The position numbers and the translations under genes are program-made. From the IMG/VR virus record IMGVR_UViG_3300025168_013179, positions 1 to 64,000 of that record: a DNA stretch of 64,000 nucleotides. One strand, 5' to 3'. Below the pieces are notes generated by a model, which was given only the letters and a program-made list of their open reading frames with translations, was not told the origin of the DNA and did no database searches. Origin of the DNA: a virus. This document shows positions 37,460 through 47,445 of this stretch, one piece after another; the first letter of the stretch is position 1; each line of letters opens with the position of its first letter.

Positions 37460-38274
37460 ACTATAGCTCTTCCTTTCATTTGTTCCCAATCTCTTACTTC
37501 TCTTACTTCATCGTTTTTATCTCTAGTAGCTTTCATCATTATAGGATCTACTCCTGCTTCTTCTGCTACCTTAATTAAAGCATTGAGGTCTTTAGGAAGA
37601 CAGTGCCCACCAAAACCACAGTACCCATCAGGTCCTTTTACTGCCCAATGGGAAGTTCCTAATCTATCATCGTGTAATGAATACTCTAATACTTTATCAT
37701 AATCTAATTCTAATGCTTGTGCTAGTTGATACATTTCATTAGCAAAAGATACTTTATTAGCTAAGTAACAGTTAGTAATATACTTAACCATTTCAGCATG
37801 TTTAGAGCCTGTCTTAACAAAGTGTATCTTTTTAAATGCTACTGAATATATTTCTTTTAATCTAGTAGTTGCAGGTCTAGGTCCCCCTAGTATAATTCTA
37901 GTTTGATTCTCAAAGTCTTCAACTGCATTTCTTTCAGTTAAGAATTCTGGGTTAAAAACTACGCTTAAATTACGAAACTTAACGTTTAGTTTTTCTGTAG
38001 TTCCAGGTGGTACAGTAGATTTTATTACAACAATCTTACACTTGCCATGTTTATTTAGATCTTCTATAGTTTTTTCGACTATACCTGTATAGCAAGAACC
38101 GTCTTTATCCATAGGAGTAGGAAGACAAACGAATACTATTTCAGCATCCATTACTTGTTCTTTTGTACTGTTACATTTACTTTCGTCTAAGTCGTATGTG
38201 TACACTTTAAAATATGTTTTGAACTTCTGGTATATAGCATTACCTACAAAACCTTGTCCTATAATTCCTATCAT
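37456..38274 (-). CDS. UDP-glucose/GDP-mannose 6-dehydrogenase family (short form)
   Basis: 'GQGFVG', 'KSTVPPGT', 'NPEFL', 'GFGGHCLPKD'; lacks usual C-terminal domain. Confidence 0.9.
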   Translation of the reverse strand: MIGIIGQGFVGNAIYQKFKTYFKVYTYDLDESKCNSTKEQVMDAEIVFVCLPTPMDKDGSCYTGIVEKTIEDLNKHGKCKIVVIKSTVPPGTTEKLNVKFRNLSVVFNPEFLTERNAVEDFENQTRIILGGPRPATTRLKEIYSVAFKKIHFVKTGSKHAEMVKYITNCYLANKVSFANEMYQLAQALELDYDKVLEYSLHDDRLGTSHWAVKGPDGYCGFGGHCLPKDLNALIKVAEEAGVDPIMMKATRDKNDEVREVRDWEQMKGRAIV

Positions 38275-38289
38275 AACTTTTCTATAATT

Positions 38290-38997
38290 TTAATTTGGTT
38301 TCTTGTTATTGTTCCTACTTTTTATATTATTCAAAAAAGTATTTAATTTATTAAGATTCATTCTAGTATCAGTAGGTACGTGAGTAGGAGGCTCTACAAC
38401 TTTACTATCAGTAACTAGACTTGATAAGTACTTATTACCTGTTCCTACGTTATAGGTTCCTTCTGCACTATGTTTAATTAGTTTAATGACCAATTCAGCT
38501 ATTTTATTTACTCTGTCTCCAGATGTTTTTGTTTTCCATACTTCTGGGTGATTAAAATCATTAGGTTTATGTAGTAATCTACATATAAGATACGAATTAT
38601 TTCTCAATTTTACATACTCATCAGCTAATAATTTAGTTAGAGCATAATAACTATCGTGAGGAATAGCGTTATCTTTTTCAGTAGGAATATTTCTATTGTT
38701 AGCATATACATACTCTGTAGATATTTGAACTAGTTTTTTATTTAAATCCCTGCAAGCTTCACTTAAATGAGCTACGAATAAATAATTTACATCAAAATGC
38801 TCATCGTAATCATCAGTATAGGTATCTGTGTTAGCTATACAGTTAACTATAATGTCATAATCCTTTATGTAATGTTTTTTAATAAAGTCTATCCCCGTTA
38901 CTGCAAACGTACCAGCTCTTCTTGATATACTATCCCAACCAGTTTGTTTCTTTAATTCAGACCCTAGAATTCCATCACCTAAGATTAAAACTTTCAT
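38290..38997 (-). CDS. dTDP-4-dehydrorhamnose reductase-like (RmlD)
   Basis: 'GDGILG', 'ISTEYVY', 'YALTK'. Confidence 0.8.
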   Translation of the reverse strand: MKVLILGDGILGSELKKQTGWDSISRRAGTFAVTGIDFIKKHYIKDYDIIVNCIANTDTYTDDYDEHFDVNYLFVAHLSEACRDLNKKLVQISTEYVYANNRNIPTEKDNAIPHDSYYALTKLLADEYVKLRNNSYLICRLLHKPNDFNHPEVWKTKTSGDRVNKIAELVIKLIKHSAEGTYNVGTGNKYLSSLVTDSKVVEPPTHVPTDTRMNLNKLNTFLNNIKSRNNNKKPN

Positions 38998-40142
38998 TTA
39001 TCGAAAAATTCTTTTACTTTACTACATACATAGTCTACATCGCTTATTGTCATACCGTGATGAGCTCCTAATAAAAATCCATTCTCCATAATAAGATCAG
39101 AATTTTCAAATGGCTGTAAGTACTCTCTATAAACTGGATGTCTAGTTACATTACCGGCAAAAGTTACTCTTGTTTGAATATTATTAGTTTCTAAAAAATG
39201 CAATAATTCAAATCTTTGTTCAGTTTGTAATGGTAAAGCTAACCAATTAGGTTTTATGGTATCATCAGGAAGTATAAGATCTCCTACACCTTTCAAGTTA
39301 CTTAGATATCTTTCTATATTAGCTCTCCTAATATCTTTAAAACCTTCAAATCTTTTTAATTGAACAATACCAAAAGCAGCATTCATTTCACAAGCTTTCA
39401 TATGATAACCTAAAACAGAATACAGAAATTTATGATCATAAGCTATTCCATCTACTTTATGGTTAAATCTATCAGACATAATTTCTGAATCGTCTCCTAA
39501 TCTACCCCAGTCTCTGTACTGAAGACATTTAGTAACATGTTTTTTATCGTTAAACATAACCATTCCTCCGACTCCTCCTGCTGTAATAACATGAGAAGCG
39601 TAAAAACTAGTAGTAGAAACATCAGTTTCTCTTGTTCTTGTAATAGTATCGGCAGAATCTTCTATTAAATAGATATCCTCTCTACCTATATCTTTTAAAT
39701 CATTTTTAAGAGATTTCCATTGTGGTTTATTTCCTATAAGATTTGGCAACATAAGTGCTTTAACATCATCTGTAATAGCATCTAAAATCTGTCCTCCATC
39801 AGCAACGTAATCATTTAATCCTACATCAACAAATACGGGTATAAATCCTAACTGTATAATTGGAGCTAAAGTAGTAGCAAACGTACATGCTGGGGTAATA
39901 ATTTTACTACCTTTAGGTAGATCTAATGCCGCAATAGCAAGTAAGCATGCTGATGATCCTGAGTTAACAAATACTCCATACTTCTTTCCAAATTTATTGG
40001 CTATTTTTCTTTCAAACTCTTGGCTTTTTTCACCTTGGCCTCCTAGCCATCCGCTTCGTAAAGATTCTTCTACTGCTTTAATTTCTTCTTCTCCGTAAGA
40101 TTCGAACTTGTAAGGGGCATACCATATTTTTCTTCTTTTCAT
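38994..40142 (-). CDS. PLP-dependent NDP-4-keto-6-deoxysugar 3-dehydratase (RfbH/ColD-like)
   Basis: 'VNSGSSA.LLA', 'SFYASHVIT' (His at the Lys position), 'RDWGR', 'YDHKF.Y'. Confidence 0.85.
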   Translation of the reverse strand: MKRRKIWYAPYKFESYGEEEIKAVEESLRSGWLGGQGEKSQEFERKIANKFGKKYGVFVNSGSSACLLAIAALDLPKGSKIITPACTFATTLAPIIQLGFIPVFVDVGLNDYVADGGQILDAITDDVKALMLPNLIGNKPQWKSLKNDLKDIGREDIYLIEDSADTITRTRETDVSTTSFYASHVITAGGVGGMVMFNDKKHVTKCLQYRDWGRLGDDSEIMSDRFNHKVDGIAYDHKFLYSVLGYHMKACEMNAAFGIVQLKRFEGFKDIRRANIERYLSNLKGVGDLILPDDTIKPNWLALPLQTEQRFELLHFLETNNIQTRVTFAGNVTRHPVYREYLQPFENSDLIMENGFLLGAHHGMTISDVDYVCSKVKEFFDK

Positions 40143-40147
40143 ATTAT

Positions 40148-40179
40148 TAATATAAGATTATTTTAGTAATTAGACAACT
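40148..40179 (-). promoter_or_regulatory. Host-type promoter
   Basis: AGTTG-N17-TCTTATATTA. Confidence 0.7.
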
Positions 40180-41134
40180 TTTTTATTATACTCTGATTAG
40201 GATCAGTCCATAGCTCATGATCTCTAATATGTTTAGGGTGAGGTAATTTACTGAAGAATTTTACCCAGCCATGAGATAAATCTCTTTTACCTTCTCTTAC
40301 ACATAGTTCATCATACTCATATTGGTCACATTTATCCATTTCTTTCTTAAAAAATTCCCAGTAACCTGGAGGGCGAGCTAATTGATCACATCTAAGATCT
40401 CTGTACTTTCCTGGTCTAATCCATGCATAGTGGTAAGTAATTAGGTCGGTAGGAAAAAGCATTCCATAGCCTCCATCTGCATTATGGTAATCTGTAGTCA
40501 TAAAGTTTTTAAGCATATCTTTATACTTTACTCCTCCTTTATCATATCTAAAACAAATACGTCTGGATTGATAATTACCTTCATGGTTATATTTTTTATC
40601 TTTTAAGTATATCTTTAGTCTACTCTTTTCGGCATACCAGAAATTTTGCATATAATCTATCCAAATAGATCTAAATCCTTGACCAGGTTCTAACTGATCG
40701 CAGTATCCTTGTATTTCTTTAGCTGTATTTTCATGATGAAATATATCTCCTTCGTAAGGAAAGACGAAATCTCCTTCTTTAATATCAATATTTAATTCTT
40801 TGAAGTTATTTGTAGCTTTAATATAGCACTCAGTAGAATTATCACAATCTGAGTAATCCATTTTGTTAAGGATAATATTAGTATTAGGATAAATTTTTTG
40901 ATATTTTTCGATAGTCTTTTCTAACTCTAAGTAATCAAATGCTCTTATTCCTTTACCGTCAAGAGTGTACTTATCTCTCCATACTTGATCTATGTTCTTA
41001 TTACCCTCTGTGCCATTAGGAAACATACCTTCGTTGTACACAAGATAGTCTGGATTAACAGTATCTATTATGTTAGGTATTTGATGTTTAATCAAATGAT
41101 GTTCTCCAAATGTAGGTACAAAAACTACTTTCAT
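40163..41134 (-). CDS. GT2-like glycosyltransferase
   Basis: 'EGDIF', 'YHYAW.R'; cluster context. Confidence 0.5.
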   Translation of the reverse strand: MKVVFVPTFGEHHLIKHQIPNIIDTVNPDYLVYNEGMFPNGTEGNKNIDQVWRDKYTLDGKGIRAFDYLELEKTIEKYQKIYPNTNIILNKMDYSDCDNSTECYIKATNNFKELNIDIKEGDFVFPYEGDIFHHENTAKEIQGYCDQLEPGQGFRSIWIDYMQNFWYAEKSRLKIYLKDKKYNHEGNYQSRRICFRYDKGGVKYKDMLKNFMTTDYHNADGGYGMLFPTDLITYHYAWIRPGKYRDLRCDQLARPPGYWEFFKKEMDKCDQYEYDELCVREGKRDLSHGWVKFFSKLPHPKHIRDHELWTDPNQSIIKKLSNY

Positions 41135-41838
41135 ACTTTCTTATAAATTGTTTTATGCTTATCAGATAATATATTGTTAGGCTTTTCTTTTGAATAGTAA
41201 TAAAGTGCTATTGATTTTCTATATACTCCTTCAGGTGTTTCTAAAGGTATCGGGTGACCGTGGTAAGCGATAGTATCTCCATCAGGTTGAGTATTAAAGA
41301 TAACTATTCTATTGAAAGATGGATAAACTGATTTAACAGCATGAGTAAGTTCTGTGTCCCATAGTTCTAACTGCCCATTATATTCTTCTTTCCATTCTTT
41401 GCTAAGGTAAATAATTATATTTAATCTTCTATGAAGGTCAGGCATTTGGTCTGATATATTAAAATCAGCATGTACATTTAAAAAACCTCCTTTAACTATT
41501 TGGTGTAACCCTCCGCCAGCTAATTCATTATCTCCTATAAGATTAGGTATACCAGTTAAGTCAGATACTTGAGATAAAAATTCATCAGAGTTAAGATACT
41601 TTATAAACTTATCTATAGTTGGTAAATTCTTTTTTATAACTTCAGAATCTTGACACATAAGTTTTTTACTATTTTCATCATTAGATTTCCAATTAAATAA
41701 AGGAGAATCTTGAGAAGGAAATTCTTGATAAACTTTTTCTAACATATCTTCATCAAAGAAGTTATCTAAACTAATATGTTCGAATGGTTCGTTACTCTTA
41801 AACTGAGAGTTAAGTTCTTTTAAGTTATAGTTGATCAT
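41131..41838 (-). CDS. 2OG-Fe(II) oxygenase
   Basis: 'GGGLH...GG.L.VHADFN', 'G.LELW', 'YHGHP', 'RKSIALYYY'. Confidence 0.92.
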   Translation of the reverse strand: MINYNLKELNSQFKSNEPFEHISLDNFFDEDMLEKVYQEFPSQDSPLFNWKSNDENSKKLMCQDSEVIKKNLPTIDKFIKYLNSDEFLSQVSDLTGIPNLIGDNELAGGGLHQIVKGGFLNVHADFNISDQMPDLHRRLNIIIYLSKEWKEEYNGQLELWDTELTHAVKSVYPSFNRIVIFNTQPDGDTIAYHGHPIPLETPEGVYRKSIALYYYSKEKPNNILSDKHKTIYKKV

Positions 41839-42466
41839 TTTTTAATTGGTTTACTACTTGGTTTACATCAGCAATTAATTTTCCTTCATCAAATGTTCTT
41901 TTTTCCCCTATGTAATTATAACCTCCTTGTAAATTAATTTCATTAAATAATTCTTTTATTTTTTTAAGAACTACTTTTACTACATTTACTTGATGGTATG
42001 CTTCTGTATTCTTATTTTGTTTGAATTTAAAATTATATTCTTTTATTCTTTCTGTAGCCAACCTGTCCATATAGGCACTGAAAGAATCTATATTGGTAAC
42101 TCTTTTATTAGATTCTCCTTCAGGGATACCGGCTATTTGTTCAAGTAACTTATCTATTTCATTTTTCATCTTGCCTCTGCTCTCATTAGCCTGTCTTAAT
42201 CTAGCTTCGTTAATCATAAACTTTTTAAGTGATGGTTCTCCTTCAGTTTTAGTATAGTAAGCATCTCCTACATCTAAGTCGTTTATAACTAGAGTTTCTA
42301 TACATTCAATTAATTTTAATACAGTGTCATGTTTACCGTACATACCGCTGATGGCTTTTATTATTTCTTCTCTGCCAGAAACTTCACAGACTCCTTTACC
42401 GTTCTTATTATAATTGGCTACTATACTTACTATGTAGGTATCTAAATTATTAGTTAAATTTATCAT
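41825..42466 (-). CDS. Helical protein with DUF4254-like repeats
   Basis: 'RQANESRGKMKNEID', 'MDRLATERIK'. Confidence 0.45.
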   Translation of the reverse strand: MINLTNNLDTYIVSIVANYNKNGKGVCEVSGREEIIKAISGMYGKHDTVLKLIECIETLVINDLDVGDAYYTKTEGEPSLKKFMINEARLRQANESRGKMKNEIDKLLEQIAGIPEGESNKRVTNIDSFSAYMDRLATERIKEYNFKFKQNKNTEAYHQVNVVKVVLKKIKELFNEINLQGGYNYIGEKRTFDEGKLIADVNQVVNQLKNDQL

Positions 42467-43089
42467 GTTAATGTATCGTAATAGTTATTTTGATGCTCTT
42501 GTCTTTCTATAGTTTTATGATGATATAAGGAATAATGTTCTTGAGCAGGTAAAGCTGCATAAGTCGAATAACCTTCTAATTTTTCATGAACTTTATTAAC
42601 CCATTTAATTTCTTCTTTATTTTTCCATATACGCCATTGATAATCTGGATAATTAACCCATCCTGTATCGTTAACCGCCCATCTCCATTTTGCTATATGT
42701 TCTTTAGTCAAGCCTTTTACTGTATTTACTCTGGGAACTAAATATACTTCATTATTAGGGTTACCTTTTAAAATTGTAGGAAGATTTTTTATAAGAGCCT
42801 CGTTAGGGATCTCATCAGCATCTATCTGAAATATATAATCACCAGAGCATAAACTTGTAAGTTTATTTTTCCAATCAGCAAAGTGATGAGCAAACTCACC
42901 AGCATGCCAAGCATATTCAGAGTTAACTGATTTAGCTCTAAGGTACTCTTCTACTCCTTTGCTACCGTTTTTACTATCAAATAGAATAACTATTTCATCG
43001 TCCAATCTTTTATTGTCTAAAAGAAAAGTTACTAATGTTTGAATTTCAGTAGCTTCGTTACATACTGTAATAGCATAACTTATTTTCAT
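42463..43089 (-). CDS. Glycosyltransferase family 2
   Basis: 'IFQIDADE', 'YPDYQ.RI', 'W..KVHE'. Confidence 0.9.
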   Translation of the reverse strand: MKISYAITVCNEATEIQTLVTFLLDNKRLDDEIVILFDSKNGSKGVEEYLRAKSVNSEYAWHAGEFAHHFADWKNKLTSLCSGDYIFQIDADEIPNEALIKNLPTILKGNPNNEVYLVPRVNTVKGLTKEHIAKWRWAVNDTGWVNYPDYQWRIWKNKEEIKWVNKVHEKLEGYSTYAALPAQEHYSLYHHKTIERQEHQNNYYDTLT

Positions 43090-43547
43090 TGCTTATAGAA
43101 ATCTATATATTCCAATGCTGTCATAAAATCATTTTGAGGATATTTCTTTAAATTTGCCATATCCATTTTATGAGTTTGATCTTTAGGAAACTGCTTAATT
43201 TTTCTATCATCTTCTGTAATAGGAACTGCTTTAACAGCAGACCAACCCCATTCTTCTTTATTGCTACCATCCAAAAATACCATACCTTTTTCTGGTATGC
43301 TAATTGTAGCTGGTGCCCATACTCTTTTATCTTTATCGGTATGAAGTAGGTCTTTATATAACTCAGGAGAGGTTGCTAATAAATCATTTACTACTTTAGA
43401 ACCTTCTGTCATAAGGGTCGATGTAGTAAACCCACTACCAAAACATAACCATGTTTTTATTTGGTTACCTTCTTGTTCAAATGATTGTTCATAACAAGCA
43501 TTACTACCGAAAGGACCTTCTACTAATTGATCTTTATTTAATTTCAT
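43086..43547 (-). CDS. Conserved hypothetical protein
   Basis: Coupled ORF in glycan cluster. Confidence 0.55.
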   Translation of the reverse strand: MKLNKDQLVEGPFGSNACYEQSFEQEGNQIKTWLCFGSGFTTSTLMTEGSKVVNDLLATSPELYKDLLHTDKDKRVWAPATISIPEKGMVFLDGSNKEEWGWSAVKAVPITEDDRKIKQFPKDQTHKMDMANLKKYPQNDFMTALEYIDFYKQ

Positions 43548-44860
43548 ACTTTTTTAAGTTTAGGAAGTTTAATAGCAGGTGGTGTTGATGCACCTGGTTT
43601 ATTTAATTTAGGAAGTGAAAGCTTTGGAAGAGTAAGCTCTACTTGTTGAGCAAATTCAGGTATGGTACTTTCAAATATCTTTTTTAATTTAAAGACCATG
43701 TTATCGAAACTGAAATTTGTTTTATTTTGATGTCTTAGTTTTTTAGCATAAGTAATATATTTCTTATAATGTTTAAATATATTCTTATATGCTTTTCCAA
43801 CTTCAATAGAGTCAGCTTTAAACCAAGCAGCTTGAGATAACAATACATTTTTTTGAACTGATGATGGGTGAAGTTGTTCTAACTTACCATTAAGAAGAGT
43901 AGCATATTGTTTATCTAAAAAATCTAAATGACCAGACCATCCTGAAGCTATAATTGGTTTACCTATCAAGCTAAATTCAAGCAATGGTCTACCAAAACCT
44001 TCTCCTCTTGTAAGCGATACCATAGCTTTAATCTTAGGGTGATTGTATATATCGTTAATTTCACTATCAGTTAAGTCTCCATGTATCACATATACGTTAG
44101 GTAATTTACCTTTAACAGTATTCTTAATAGATTGGATTTTATTTAACAGAGTAGACTTATCCATTAATGAAGTATTAGCATGAGAAGTTTTTAAAACTAA
44201 AGCTGGTTGGTTGGTCTTATTTTTAAATGTTTCTAAGAAAGACTTAATAGTAAAGCCTATATCTTTTCTATCATGACCATACTCTCCTTTTAACCAATGT
44301 CCAACAACTAAAAAACAAAACGATTCTTTAATCATAGACAAATCAAAACTTGAATTCTTAGGTAAGTACTTATCTAAGTCTGCTCCTTCTAATAATACTT
44401 CAATTGGTTTATTAACCTGTACCTTAGAAGTAATTTGACCAGTTTTATTATCTTTTACTTCCCAAGCTGTTTTTAAAAATACATCTTTACTGTGCTCAGA
44501 AGATGTCAATGTTAGATTCATTCTATTAACTCCTTGAATCCAACTTTGATCTACTAAAGTTGCTTCTATACCTGCTGTTACTCCTATACTATACTCACCT
44601 ACGGGTTGAAATTCATTAGGAACTGTTATCTGTATCCATATTTCAGGTTTCTTATCTACCTGAGGAACTATTAAAGAGGATAGTTCACCCTCGTTATGAT
44701 CGTTCAAATAGCCGAATCTAGTATTACCCCATCGTTGAGATAGTAATTTTACATTATACTTATCTAATTTTAGAACTGCTTTTATAAAATCCCTTGATCT
44801 TGCTCCGTAGCCTGAATAAGTATCTACTGGAGAGCTTATAAACATTGTTGGTTTATTCAT
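43544..44860 (-). CDS. Glycosyltransferase family 4 (GT-B)
   Basis: 'SGYG..SR', 'RKD', 'GEGFGRPLLE', 'SGHLDF'. Confidence 0.9.
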   Translation of the reverse strand: MNKPTMFISSPVDTYSGYGARSRDFIKAVLKLDKYNVKLLSQRWGNTRFGYLNDHNEGELSSLIVPQVDKKPEIWIQITVPNEFQPVGEYSIGVTAGIEATLVDQSWIQGVNRMNLTLTSSEHSKDVFLKTAWEVKDNKTGQITSKVQVNKPIEVLLEGADLDKYLPKNSSFDLSMIKESFCFLVVGHWLKGEYGHDRKDIGFTIKSFLETFKNKTNQPALVLKTSHANTSLMDKSTLLNKIQSIKNTVKGKLPNVYVIHGDLTDSEINDIYNHPKIKAMVSLTRGEGFGRPLLEFSLIGKPIIASGWSGHLDFLDKQYATLLNGKLEQLHPSSVQKNVLLSQAAWFKADSIEVGKAYKNIFKHYKKYITYAKKLRHQNKTNFSFDNMVFKLKKIFESTIPEFAQQVELTLPKLSLPKLNKPGASTPPAIKLPKLKKV

Positions 44861-44861
44861 A

Positions 44862-46298
44862 TTAATATCCTGTTAATTTATGAGTTACTTTAAGCGATGG
44901 TGCTTTATCAACATGAAAGACTTCGTGTCTAGGTCTAGGTTTAAAAGTTGCTAAAGTTTCATCTATACTATTAATCATATTTTTACACATATGGTCTGCT
45001 GTCATTTGAGCTTCGTCAGACTGAGCCCATAAACTACCAGCTATCCCTCTTCTATCTCTTTCTTCTTTTGGAATATCATATACCTTTTTTATAGCAGCAG
45101 CTATATCCTCAGGGTTAGACCTATCGTCGTATATATAAGGAGTCATAGGAGACCCTGCTAGAGAAATATTAGAAGGGAAAACAGGTACTGCCCATTCGCC
45201 ACATTTTTTATAAGTACCTCTATGATTAGAAGGAAAGTCAGCATCGAAGTCTATCCAATCACCATTTTCATCTTCAAATCTTAATTGATCTTGCATTCCT
45301 CCTGTTGCTGCTCCTATTATCATCGTACCAGACATCATTGATTCTGTTAAAGATAATCCCCATCCCTCATTAGATGAGATTAAAGTAGTAACATCACACA
45401 TATTATACATAAAGTTCATTTGAGCAGATGATATTTTTGCAGTAGAAAAATAAACATTACCTTCTGGGTACACAGCTTCTTTTACTGCTTTTAAATCTGT
45501 ACCGTGATTATTAGAAACTTCTGTATGCATTATTAATCCACATCTCTTTGCTTTTTCTTCTCCTATCATATCACAGAAGAATTTAAATGATAAGATAATG
45601 TCACCTGGTCTCTTTCTGTGAATATTTCTTGAGTTAAAATAAACTAAGAAATCTACATCTGGATTATTAATAGTCTTTTGTTTAAACTTTACAAGTTCTG
45701 GGTATAGGGGATTTTCTTTTACTATTGGAAAGAAATGCTTATTATTAATTCCATGAGGAACATAATTAATAATTTTATCTATAGCTTCATCACCTAGTAC
45801 TAATTTATTTATATTAACAGTCTGTTTAGATATACCCATTAAACAGTCTACAGAGTTATAATAATCTCTATTATATACTGGAGCAGGATAGTCATCCCAA
45901 ATATTTAACCATACGATTGGAATTTTATTTCTTATTTCTCTTTCAATTTCAAATAACCAAATCCAGTATCTAGGGTCAGTAAAAATAAAAATAGCATCTG
46001 GTTTTTCTTTTTCTAGTAAGCTTCTAATTAAGGTACTATTTCCATAACCTTCAAAAGGCATAATATGCACTTTTGCATCAGTTATACCTGCATTTTTATT
46101 TACGTCATCAGAAATGTCTACAAGTTTTCCATTCTCTGGATGTTTAAGAGCAGCTCCAACTTGGAACCAATTGTATTTATGCGCTGATCCGACCACTAAT
46201 TCCCTAGACATTGTTGCTATCCCAGAGTGCATTCTTAAATCATCACTAAGTAAAAGTATTTTCTTTCTTTTACTCTTTTCAATATAACCTTCTACCAT
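44862..46298 (-). CDS. Glycosyltransferase family 4 (GT-B)
   Basis: 'VPHGI', 'RN..RK', 'NEGWGLSLTE', 'TGGMQDQ'. Confidence 0.9.
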   Translation of the reverse strand: MVEGYIEKSKRKKILLLSDDLRMHSGIATMSRELVVGSAHKYNWFQVGAALKHPENGKLVDISDDVNKNAGITDAKVHIMPFEGYGNSTLIRSLLEKEKPDAIFIFTDPRYWIWLFEIEREIRNKIPIVWLNIWDDYPAPVYNRDYYNSVDCLMGISKQTVNINKLVLGDEAIDKIINYVPHGINNKHFFPIVKENPLYPELVKFKQKTINNPDVDFLVYFNSRNIHRKRPGDIILSFKFFCDMIGEEKAKRCGLIMHTEVSNNHGTDLKAVKEAVYPEGNVYFSTAKISSAQMNFMYNMCDVTTLISSNEGWGLSLTESMMSGTMIIGAATGGMQDQLRFEDENGDWIDFDADFPSNHRGTYKKCGEWAVPVFPSNISLAGSPMTPYIYDDRSNPEDIAAAIKKVYDIPKEERDRRGIAGSLWAQSDEAQMTADHMCKNMINSIDETLATFKPRPRHEVFHVDKAPSLKVTHKLTGY

Positions 46299-46486
46299 TA
46301 TTTACTGTATTTAATATTATTTTGTTTATGTATCTTATCCTTAAAGGTCTTATCAGTAAGGTATAAATAAATTGCACGATCTGCAAGCTTTTTAAAAGAA
46401 AAATTTTCTTGAAGGCAAGCCATTTTAAAATGATCGAAAAGGGGTTGAGTAATTTTAACCGAAGTTAATTTTTCATTTCTTATCAT
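46298..46486 (-). CDS. Small ribbon-helix-helix-like DNA-binding protein
   Basis: 'LTSVKI...LF..FK..C......KLADRAI'; TATTTAT at 46513-46519. Confidence 0.5.
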   Translation of the reverse strand: MIRNEKLTSVKITQPLFDHFKMACLQENFSFKKLADRAIYLYLTDKTFKDKIHKQNNIKYSK

Positions 46487-46521
46487 AACTATATATCTTT
46501 ATATATTTATATATAAATAGG

Positions 46522-47439
46522 CTAAAATCCCGAAAATGGTAAACAGTGATCACACTTACCAAGAGGAGACTTACAGCTATGGTCTATATCTAAATACTTA
46601 CCTTTATCATCTAATACATTAGTTAAAAAATTATTCATAGACTCTATAACTTGTTTAGTTTTTCTAGGGCCTGAGTTAGGTTTAAACTCTTGAACTCTTC
46701 TTTGCATAGATGCAAATTCAGCATCTTTAGGTACTCTTCTTTTAACTATAAAGAACTCTACATTAATCTTACTAGGGTCTATGTTAAATTGCTTAGCAAA
46801 GAACTCTCTATATAAGATAACCTGAGCAGTTAGGTTAGGATTCTTTTTGTAAGTATCATTCCATCCTCTAGTAGAAGTCTTTATATCCATAACTGTCCAA
46901 GTATCAGTATTAGGGTGATAGAAGACTAAGTCAACTAATCCTTTAAATACCACACCTGGTTTAATCTGCTGATATAATAATGTCTCTACTCCTGCAAGCT
47001 TCATAGTCTTAGTACCGAAGTATATAGACCTCTTCTTTTTAATAAAGTCTAATATATGTTTACCGTCTAACCAAAAGCTATTAAGTTCATCTGCATTAGA
47101 GTAGTGCTCATGACCGTTAACTGCCTTACCTGATCTATATGCTTTAATCATATTGTCATATAAAAGGTTATTAATATCTATTTCATTAGCATCTTTAACA
47201 GAGTTATGATACATTACCTCTAAGTAATGCTGTAACGTTTCATGAAATGCTGTACCAAAAGTAGTATAGATATTTTGAGTAAACGGTACTGCTCTCTTTC
47301 TATATTGCATATCCCATAACTTAGGACATTTGTTATAAGTGCTAATAGAACTATACGAAATGTGAGTTAACTTAGAAGGTGTTTGTTTGATTTTACTCTC
47401 CCAAACGACCTTCACAGGTCCTTTTAGTTTTCTTTTCAA
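46522..47439 (-). CDS. PD-(D/E)XK nuclease (RecB/Cas4-like)
   Basis: 'SYS....Y..CP', 'G..FHE', 'G.VD', 'DIKTS', 'Q..LY', C-terminal Cys cluster. Confidence 0.88.
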   Translation of the reverse strand: MKRKLKGPVKVVWESKIKQTPSKLTHISYSSISTYNKCPKLWDMQYRKRAVPFTQNIYTTFGTAFHETLQHYLEVMYHNSVKDANEIDINNLLYDNMIKAYRSGKAVNGHEHYSNADELNSFWLDGKHILDFIKKKRSIYFGTKTMKLAGVETLLYQQIKPGVVFKGLVDLVFYHPNTDTWTVMDIKTSTRGWNDTYKKNPNLTAQVILYREFFAKQFNIDPSKINVEFFIVKRRVPKDAEFASMQRRVQEFKPNSGPRKTKQVIESMNNFLTNVLDDKGKYLDIDHSCKSPLGKCDHCLPFSGF

Positions 47440-47445
47440 TATATT

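Noticed and set aside
46522-47439. Cas4-like nuclease as evidence of CRISPR-Cas
   Set aside because: Solo PD-(D/E)XK nucleases are common in phages; no array or other cas genes
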